Below are positions 55,743 to 64,000 of a DNA stretch of 64,000 bases, in pieces. The DNA is from Prasinococcaceae sp. CCMP 1430 (taxonomy: Eukaryota > Plantae > Prasinodermophyta). The position numbers were made by a program, and so were the translations under genes. The stretch is taken from contig RQSC01000025.1 in assembly GCA_013416795.1 (NCBI GenBank), positions 1 to 64,000 on the forward strand, in the 5' to 3' direction. Each line of letters begins with the position of its first letter. Positions within the stretch are counted from its first letter, which is position 1. The notes beneath the pieces are model-generated. The model saw nothing but the letters and a program-made list of their open reading frames with translations, made no database searches and was not told the origin of the DNA.

Positions 55743-57474
55743 TTAGGGTTTATTTATATTAGGGTTTAGGTACGGCGACGGCCGCACTGCCGCGACCGGC
55801 GCTCGGCAGAGGGGGCACTGCGCGCGGACCTTGAGCCACTCGTCCATGCAGCGGAGGTGGCACGCGTGTCCGCACGCGGGCAGCCTGCGCAGCTGCTGGC
55901 GGGGCTCGAGCTCCGCCAAACAGATGGCGCAGGCGTCCGCCTGCGCGCCGGACGTGGCGAAGCCATCGTCCGCCCCGGCCGATGATGCTCCGGTCGTGGT
56001 GGGAGCGCGGGCCGACACCAGCTCCAGGGGAAGTGTTGCGATGGCCTCTTCGGAGAGGCCAGCTGGGGCCGCATCCTTCGCGGCCTCCGCAGTGCCAGCC
56101 TCGTCGACTGGTCGGAGAGTGGAGAGGAGTGAGCGCGCGAGCGCCGCCACGTCGCTGGCGTTGCTCTCGAGCGTCGCGGCACCCGCAGACGTTGCTGCGG
56201 GTTGAGGCATTGCTCCAGAGCGTCCTCAAGCAATGTGACCACGCTTTGGGGGCCACGGGGGAGCGGCAGGGCGGCGCGTCAGCGTCCATGATCATGTCCT
56301 CGCTCCCGGAAAGACGTAAGCGCACGCGCGCACGCGCACACCCGAGCGTACGAGACCAGCCCGCGGCGCACCTGTCGATGAGCGCGAGCTGCCGTGATCG
56401 CTGGTGCTGAACCTGCGGGTCCACGCCAGTGTCTCCGGTGACCGTGGCAGCAGAAGTGATGGCGGCGCGATGCTCAGCGCGCTCCGCGTTGAGCAGCACT
56501 GCAAGGGCCGAGAGCTGCCGTCGGCGCAGGCCGAGCTGCTCTGCGCGCAGCGCGCGCAATTCGTGCATCGACGACTCCTGCGCGGCGCGCAGCCGGCGCA
56601 GGCGAGTCTGCAGCGCGGCGCTTCCTTCGACGCTCGCAGCGGACTCGCCTCGAGGCGCGTGGTGCTGCGGCTGCCGCACCCCAGGCGGGCGCATCACGCG
56701 CAAGTTTGAGCGCTCGTCCTCATCCACCGAGGTGGCCCAGAAGAGCGATCGCCGCGCACCCCGCGGGTTGCTGCGCTCCATGTTTTGCGGTGGGGCCGGT
56801 CGCAGACGCAGACGCTGTTCGGCAGTCTGCTCCCGCTGGCGCTGCGATGTGCGCACGAGCTCTCTCAGGACTGACGTGGCGTCGTCCGTCGGAGACCTCG
56901 ACAGGAGCGCGTGCACGTGCGAGCCCGAGCGCGGCGGCTGCGTTGGATGGCGCTGCAACGCGGCGACCGCCAGCCCCGGCGGGGACTGGTGCAGGGGTGC
57001 CGGCCTCGCTCGCCGCAGCACCCCCCCTCGCGCGCGCCCCTCGCTCGAGAGCGCGGGCCATCTCCGCGCCGCCGTTCCCGAAGGACTCCCGCTGCTTGGC
57101 GAGCCGCGCTGTGGGGAGATGCGGGGCACGGCGCCAGCTGCGTCATCTGTCCCGGCGGAGAAGAGTCCCCGAGGCTGCACCCGCGCGCGCGAATGAGACT
57201 GCGGCGGTGGCTGAGTATGATTCTCCGCGCGCGCGCCCTGCCATCTCGGGCGTAGCTCCCTGGCTGACAGGGCATACGGCGGCGACGGGGGCAGCCTCAC
57301 GCTAACGGGGGCGCCCTCAGACGCCACGGCGCTGCGCATCGTCGCGGAGGGCGCCCTGGCGCCCTCAATCTCGCGCCCGCCCACTGCGGTGCCCGGCAGA
57401 CTGAGCAGCGAAGCGACCGTTCCTTGCCTTGCGCGCTCGAGAGCTCGCTCGGCGCGCTGCTGCGTGGAGTCCAT
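55743..57474 (-). CDS. RING-H2-type E3 ubiquitin ligase with disordered N-terminus; at least one intron, structure partly unresolved
   Basis: GLSEEAIATLP...CAICLAEL...LRRLPACGHACHLRCMDEWL...CPLCR; donor AG|GTGCGC after LIDR. Confidence 0.75.
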
Positions 57475-58256
57475 CGCCCCCCACCCCCCACCCCCCACCC
57501 CGGCTGCTTTCCCGCGCCGTGCCGCTCCGAGGCGCTCCGCGGCACGGCGCTCCGAGTCGCGGAACGCGCCGCGCTGCACCCCCCAGCGCAAACACCCTTT
57601 CCCCGCTTCTGCGCGCACCTCTCTTCCCCCTCCGTCCCAACGAGCGGCTCGTGCCCCGCCGCAGGGCCGCGCGGCCGCGCCGCGCGCGCGAATTTCAAAA
57701 ATCGCGCGCGCGGCGCGGGCGCAGTGCGTTCTGATGGGGCGACGCCACGCGGGGGCGAAGGCACACCCACCGGCCTCGGCCGGCCCGCCATTCGTCCGGT
57801 CGGTCAGTCAGTCATTCAGTCAGTCAGTGGGGGACAGGCAAATGTTCCGGTGAAAGAGGATTGAGCCCGAAGGTGAGAATTCGATCCGGGAACGGCCGCG
57901 AGGCGCGCGCGCGCGGCGCGGCGCGCGCGGCCAGCCAGCCCCCATCCCCCATCCATCCACCCTTGGTTTGGTTGTTGGTTGGTTGGTTGGCGTTGGCGCG
58001 GAGCGGCACCATCCCGCCAGACATCCATCCTGTGCCGGCCTCGCGCGCGCGTCGTCCGATCGCTCGCCGTCGGCCAGTCAGTCAGTAGCCCAGTCAGAGT
58101 CAGACTCGGAGCGCTCGCTCGCGCGCGCTCGCGGCGCCGTGCTGCTGCCAGCTGGCTCGCTCGGTCGGTCGCGGTGGCAGCTGCCGTGATGTGTGCGCCG
58201 CGGCCGGTCCAGACGTGTGTCAGTGCCATGCTGACGAGCAACAACACCCTCGATCG

Positions 58257-58466
58257 ATGCGTGAGATCGGTGTTGAGACCTCCGAGCTGACCCTTGGCAA
58301 CTTCCACTTCCGACCGGGTGCGCAGTCCGGGTGTGACCTTTTGTTTGACCTTGGCTTGACCTCGCCAGTCAGGCTGTCGCCGCCCGACTCCTCGGGTTCC
58401 GGAAGCACGCGTGCAACGGACGGTGCAGATGGCTCGCCCGTCGGCTCTTCCGATGGGCTGCGGTGA
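58257..58466 (+). CDS. Candidate 69-aa small ORF (uORF or detached first exon) upstream of WEE1
   Basis: ATG...TGA frame MREIGVETSELTLGNFHFRPG...DLLFDLGLTSP with coding-like codon usage in otherwise low-complexity sequence. Confidence 0.35.
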   Translation: MREIGVETSELTLGNFHFRPGAQSGCDLLFDLGLTSPVRLSPPDSSGSGSTRATDGADGSPVGSSDGLR

Positions 58467-58862
58467 TGGGGAGCTCGGAAGCGCGCGCGCGCGGCGCCGC
58501 CGGCGCAGCCCCTCGGCCGGCTCGCGAGCGGGACGCCGGGTGCGTTTCGATGGGCGAGCCGGGAGCGGGAAAGGCGCTACGAAAGAGGGCGCGGGCGCGC
58601 GCGCGCGCAAAAAGCGCAAACTTCTCGCGCGCAGGCCACACCGCGCCCGCGGCGCGCGGGGTGCGGAGCGCGGGTCGGACGCCCCCCTTCCCCCCCCACC
58701 CACCCACACAACCACCACCACCACCCTCGCGGACCACTCCTCCCCCCTACTGCCCCCTCCCCCCCCCCCTCGCGGTTCCCGCGGAGGCGGCGGGCGGAGG
58801 GGGCGGACGGGAGGCGCCCGGTCTGTTCCGAGCCGGCCGCGTGCGCAGCGCGCGCCTCCCGG

Positions 58863-61053
58863 ATGGCGCCCTCGGCGAGGAGGCGATCGCCGGTGCTCGG
58901 CGAGCCTGGGCCTCGCGGCGGCTGCCGACGCCGACGCGCGGCGCATCGGCGGTGGCGGTGGCGATGGTTCAGGCGCCAGCGGGGGCGCGGGCGCGCGCGG
59001 GCTGCCCGCGCAGAGGAAGACCCGCTCGCCGCTAGGCCTGCTGCACGGGAGCCCCTCTTTCGAGGGGAGCTACAGCGCGGCGAAGGCGCCACCGCCGGGC
59101 ACTGCCGCCGGTGCCACTGGGCGCGCGACGGCGAAGCAGCCCGCAGGCGCCGAGCGGCCGCACACGGCGCCAGCGCGGTCGCCGGACACGCCGCTGTCGG
59201 TGCTCGAGGAGGCACTGCGCCTGACGCCGTCCCCGCTGGACAACGCGCCGCCGCCGAGGATATACGACCCCTGCGACGGCACCGACCCCTCGCGAAGGCT
59301 GAGTGGAGTGCTCGCCGCCGGCACGCCCGGCGGCGAGGGCGGAGGCGCGTTCGCGCGAGAGCCTTCGAGCGCGAGCGACATGCCGTGCACGCCGACCGCG
59401 GAGGACGTCGCGAACGCTGCGGCGAAGGGCTTCGGTGGCAACTTCGGACCGCCCGCGTCGGCGACCTACTCGCCCGTCGCTCTCGACGCGCGGCCGCCGC
59501 GCCTGGACGTCGTGCACTTCGGCAAGTCGCCGAGCTGCAACGGCGCCTCCCCGCGCGTCAGCGCGGGCAGCCACACGTTCGGGCGCTCGCCGAGCAACGG
59601 CGCAGGCCCGTTCTCGCCCGACGCGGACACGCCCACGTGGCCGCCACCCGATCGGCAGCAATTCGGCGCAGGCGGGTCCTCACCGGGGACCAACTTCGTC
59701 GGCGGTAGCGCACCGATCCCGTGTCCCGAGGCGCCGCGCCCGAACAAGATGCTGGCAGCAAGGATGCGCCTCGCGAGCATCAGCCGCTCGTCGAGCCTCA
59801 GCGGCAGTCGCAGCTTCGGGTCAGACTCGATGGACTTTTTCGCAGCGCAGGCGGGCCCGCGCGAGCTCGCGCCTCTCACACGCCAGGACTCGCTCACGGA
59901 AACGAAGCTCCTGGTGACAACGCGCGCCAAAACGCTCGCGAGGTCGCAGTCCGTGTTCGAGTACGAGGACCAGTTCCACTCGTACCAGCTCATAGGCAAG
60001 GGATCCTTCAGTGAGGTGTACCGCGCGAGGCACCGCCTCGACGGCGAGCTCTACGCGGTCAAGCGCACCATCCGTGAATTCCGGAACAGGTCGGACAGGG
60101 AGAGCTATCGCCACGAACTCGATGCGGTGGCCGACTTGCCTCTGCATCCCAACGTGGTGACGTACTTCCGTGGCTGGCAGCAGGGGAAGCACTTCTGGGT
60201 GCAGATGGAGTACGTTGTCTACGGCAGCGTCAAGAGCGTCATCGAGCGGCTCGCGCCAATGGAGCTGCCGCTGCTGGCGGCGTGGGGGATCGTGCGGGAG
60301 GTTGCGGCCGGGCTGGACTTTTTGCATGCCAACAACATCATGCATCTGGACATCAAACCTGACAACATCTTCGTGGACGATCACGGCATTGCCAAAGTGG
60401 GCGACTTCGGTCTCGCTGTCGCAGATTCGAAGTGGGGCTGGGAGGATGGTGACGGCGGCTACCTCGCGCCTGAGCTGCTCGTTCTCGACCACACGGTGGT
60501 GAAGCCCACTTTCGCTGCGGACGTCTTCTCGCTCGGCGTCATCATGTACGAGCTCGCGTGCCACAAGAGGTTGCCGCGCGACCGGGCCGAGCGCAAGGCG
60601 GCGCTCGAGCAAGCGCTCTCGACAAGCACAGACTTGAAGCTGGAATTGCTGCAGCTGGCAGCGCGCTGTCTCTCGTGCGATCCGAGTGCGCGCCCTACAG
60701 CGGCCGAGATCTACGCGCAGTGTCCGCCGCCGAAGCCCGGCACACGCGCCGAGGAGCAGGACGAGAGGGCACGTGCGGTGCTCGCTGAGGTGCAACAGGC
60801 CGAGGACGAGGTGCCGCTCGTTGAGCAGGTGATGCAGGAGCAGGCGCTCCTCCAGCGGACGCAGCTGCAGCAGCAGCAGCACGAGCTTCGGGCAGCCGAT
60901 GAATTGCCCTTGCACGGCTCCCCCATGTACACGGCCCGACCGGGCAAGCATGTCGGCAGCACCGCCCGCCCACCGCTCTCGAACAAGCGCCAGCGCATGA
61001 GCTTCGAGATGGTCGACGTCTCACCGGTCCAGCGCATGAGCCTTGACGGCTGA
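58863..61053 (+). CDS. WEE1: WEE1 kinase; start uncertain
   Basis: IGKGSFSEVY, YAVK, HPNVV.YF..W, HLDIKPDNIF, DFGLA, WEDGDGGYLAPE (WEE1 E-x-G-D motif), RQDSL.ETKLL. Confidence 0.9.
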
Positions 61054-61424
61054 ATCGGTGCAGGCACTCGGCTCGGCGTGGCGTGCGCACGGGACCGCAA
61101 TACTATATTCTATACAGACTCGACCCCCCCACAAACTGGCAGTGACAAGGACGGCAGGCGGTGACAGCCTGGCGCACGGGGCTCTCGTACACTATAATTT
61201 TGCGACACTACTGTACATATCAGTGGCGCAGTCCGCGGCGCGGGCACGCCCTCGCGTCTCCGCCGGCATCGCGTGCACCCCGTCGCCACCCACCGCTCAG
61301 CGCGCCCAGCACATCGTATAGGCTGCTGCGAGGAGCTGCGTCGCAAGCTCAAGTGCGGCGCGGGCGTACGCGCCAGCGTCCGCATCGGCGGCGGCTGCAG
61401 CTCCGACCCCGGCGCAAGCGCGTG

Positions 61425-61439
61425 AACCCTAAACCCTAA
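61425..61439 (+). promoter_or_regulatory. Double telo-box / short interstitial telomeric motif AACCCTAAACCCTAA
   Basis: Lies 107 nt upstream of the YkgJ-like ATG. Confidence 0.5.
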
Positions 61440-61545
61440 TTCGTGTGGCTTGGGTGCGCTGGGCGGGGCGCCGCGGACTCTCGTGCCACACACCGCGACG
61501 AGCGCCCTCGGCGCGCGTCGCTGTGCGCGGAGGGCACTGTCGTGG

Positions 61546-62433
61546 ATGGTGGCCCAGGCTTCGACTGGGCGAGTGCCGCCGCGACGGGGGGCTTCCAGAG
61601 GAGGCGGCGGGCGCAGAAAGCGATGCACCAGGCGCGCCCGCGCGGTGGCTGCAGGGGACGGTGGCGCGCACGCACCAGCGCCTGAGTGGGTCGCGGCCCG
61701 TGGCGGTCTGCCGTTTGATTGCACGCGCTGCGGAGCGTGCTGCTCCGCGCGCGGCCGGGACGAGTACAACTCAGTGTTCGTGAGCGACGCCGAGGCGCGT
61801 GCCATCGCGGGCGCCCTCGGTTACACGCATGGCGCCTTCGTAGAACGCTTTACTGAGGTCGTTACCGGCGACGTCCCCGCCGTGGGCGGGGGCACGAAAG
61901 AGGTCACCAGGCGCATGCTGCGCTTCACCGCCGAGGGGGACTGCCCGCTCCTGGACACAACGACGAAGCTGTGTTCCGTCCACGCGGTCAAGCCCGTACA
62001 GGTACGAGCGCGCGCACGAGCGAGCGCGCATGCGAGCGCACCTGTGCGCGTCTGCTCGCTTGCGCCTCGTAGCGCTGACTCCCATGCATGCGCGCTCGCC
62101 TTGCAGTGCCGCACGTGGCCGTTCTGGGAGGAACTGCTGGTTGATGAGGCGACGTACGCATCAGAGGTGCAGCAGGTGTGCCCCGGCTCGAGCTTCGCGC
62201 AAGGTGATGGCGGCGCACCGCTCGTGCCGCTCGCAAGCGTGTGTGCGCAACGCGACGAAACGCTCGCGTGGGAGGCAGCGCTCGATGCAGAGGGGGCGGC
62301 TGCAGAGGCGCGTGATAGCGAGGGAGACCCGAACGGGCTTACCGCGGAGCCCTTGCCTCCACAGCTCCTCGCAGCGGCCGCTCTACCACTCGTGGCGGCG
62401 CTCGCAGCTCTCTCGCTCTACGGCGGCGCTTAA
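61546..62433 (+). CDS. YkgJ/CxxCxxCC cysteine-cluster protein with C-terminal hydrophobic tail; in-frame intron 62002-62106
   Basis: FDCTRCGACC, CPLLD...CSVHAVKPVQ|CRTWPFW, CPG. Confidence 0.88.
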   Translation: MVAQASTGRVPPRRGASRGGGGRRKRCTRRARAVAAGDGGAHAPAPEWVAARGGLPFDCTRCGACCSARGRDEYNSVFVSDAEARAIAGALGYTHGAFVERFTEVVTGDVPAVGGGTKEVTRRMLRFTAEGDCPLLDTTTKLCSVHAVKPVQVRARARASAHASAPVRVCSLAPRSADSHACALALQCRTWPFWEELLVDEATYASEVQQVCPGSSFAQGDGGAPLVPLASVCAQRDETLAWEAALDAEGAAAEARDSEGDPNGLTAEPLPPQLLAAAALPLVAALAALSLYGGA

Positions 62434-62617
62434 GACCCAATCGGATCGTTCTCCGAGGATGTAATTACACGGGGTGCGAGGGAGCCCTTCCGCCGGCGCG
62501 TGTCGCGTAGTGGCACCAGCGAACGCGCAGCGCCCGTGGGTAGCTACTACCCGCGCGCGCGCGGATTAGCTTGGCGCGCGCGCGCTCAGGCGCTCGCTCG
62601 CTCAGGCGCTCGCTCGC

Positions 62618-64000
62618 TCAGGCGCTGCTCGCTCGCGCTCGCAGGATCTCATCGGCGGGCGGGGCGGGCGGCGAGCCCAGACCAAGAGCGTCCCAACCCG
62701 GCACGATGCTGAACAGCGCCTCGGCGGCGCTGATGGACCACGTCTCGTACTGCTGTGCGATGCGGCCCTGCGAGTCGAGTGTGTACGTTGTGTCCCCTGT
62801 ATACGCGCGCACCTTGGCACGCCCCCATGGCAATCGTATGTCCCCTTCGAGGCGCCACTCAACAAAGACTTTCCCATCGTCGGTCACACTCGCACTTAGC
62901 AAATCGAAGCGGCTGGTCGCCGGGTCGAAGAGCTGCGACACAACAGCAGTGTACTTCTCCCGCCCAATCACGTCCGTAGTGGGATCAATGAAGTGTGCTC
63001 CGGGGGCCACGAGCTCCTCTGGCAGGTCACCCGTTACATAGTACCGCCGGTTGACCAAGGCGTCCACAATGTTCTCCTTGGCAGCCACGAGCTGCTCGGG
63101 GCTCAGTGCCCCCACACCAGCACCGTCTGCGCCATCTGCGCGCGCCCGCGGCGCCCCAACGAGCCCCGCCGCGCTACCGGCTGCCGCCGTCGCTACGAGG
63201 CCCGCCAGGACGTCACGCCGTCCACTGGGTGCCGTAGCCTCGACCGCGGCCGCCTCGTCGCGCGGCTGCTGCTGCTCGCTGGCACCGTCATCATCACCCT
63301 CGTCACTGAGGCCGAAGTCGCGCAGCGTCCACTTGCCGAAATCCTCGGCGCGAATTGAGTTCGAGCCATGCTTCCCGTTCGGCAATGGCCACTCGTGCTG
63401 CGCCGACACTGTAAAATAGAAGAGCACCCGGCGCTTGTTGGAGCTGTTCTCGCGCCCGCAGTGCAGCAGGCGCGAGTCGAACACCGCCACGTCGCCGCAC
63501 TTCAGAGCTGACTCGCACGCGTCGTTTGAGGCGATGAAGCGCTCCTTGGCGCGCTGCGGGCTGTTCCATAGCTCGTGCGCCTGCGCGTGAACGCGCGAAG
63601 GTGCGCGCGCGGGGCGGGCTCATCGTTAGCGTGCATGTCGCGAGCGCGCGCGCTCCCAGCGCAGCACGCTCACGTGCAGAGCACTCGCGCGCTCGCATGA
63701 ACACACCCTCGGAGTGTGGGTCTTCGGCAGGAAGACCGTGTGCCCCATCCCGTCTTCCACATCCTGCAGAGCGATGAAGAAGGTGTACAGAGGCGCCATG
63801 CTGGCGTTTGGAAACTGCGGCGAGGGCACCACGATGGTATCAGCGTGCACGCACTGCCGCGGGGCACCCGGGTCGCTCACGAGCGTGCTCACTTCGTGCA
63901 GCAGCGCGTCGGCGCCAACGGCCTCCCGTAGCAGCGGCCCCAGGCGCGACACGGCCTCGCGCAGCGCGCGCTGCACGGTTGGGTTGCTGACGGGCAGCCA
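62618..64000 (-). CDS. Phytanoyl-CoA dioxygenase (PhyH)-like domain fused to a DUF2358/SnoaL-like domain; intron 63581-63706; 5' end beyond the window
   Basis: QCVHADT (HxD), FIALQDV, FLPKTH, GDVAVFDSRLLHCG..N...RR.LFY; then YYVTGD...F.DPT...G..KY...WRLEG...LPW...G.T.Y.LD..GRI....ETW. Confidence 0.85.

Noticed and set aside
8990-63706. Introner-like repeated introns
   Set aside because: The roughly 22 introns share only donor (GTGCGY/GTRHG) and branch (CTRAC) signals. By eye their bodies are not similar to each other, and 3n lengths occur in about one third, as expected by chance.
249-63990. Hundreds of long overlapping and antisense ORFs in the six-frame track
   Set aside because: Expected from stop-codon scarcity at this GC content. 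They are R/A/P/G-rich shadows of real genes and have no recognisable motifs.

Overview
64 kb of a gene-dense, very GC-rich eukaryotic nuclear genome. TTTAGGG repeats, green-type plastid transit peptides and the gene set point to a green alga, possibly prasinophyte/prasinodermophyte-like (inference). I resolve about 33 protein-coding genes with short spliceosomal introns (donor mostly GTGCGY, conserved CTRAC branch point, one predicted GC-AG intron). I saw no rRNA, tRNA, transposase or CRISPR array. The strongest finding is a DUF3253-family gene (16140-16556) with an in-frame TGA at the family's conserved Cys and a well-formed form-II SECIS in its 3' UTR, i.e. a probable selenoprotein. Other leads: a DNMT1-like cytosine methyltransferase with two C-terminal MBD-like repeats; a head-to-head SPX / PHR-type MYB-CC pair; a PhyH-DUF2358 fusion with an internal twin-arginine signal; an intact VanY-type D,D-carboxypeptidase; a telomeric array in inward orientation at the window start; and strong strand alternation of neighbouring genes. 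Gene models were derived by hand. Five N gaps and several unresolved 5' ends limit start-codon accuracy.
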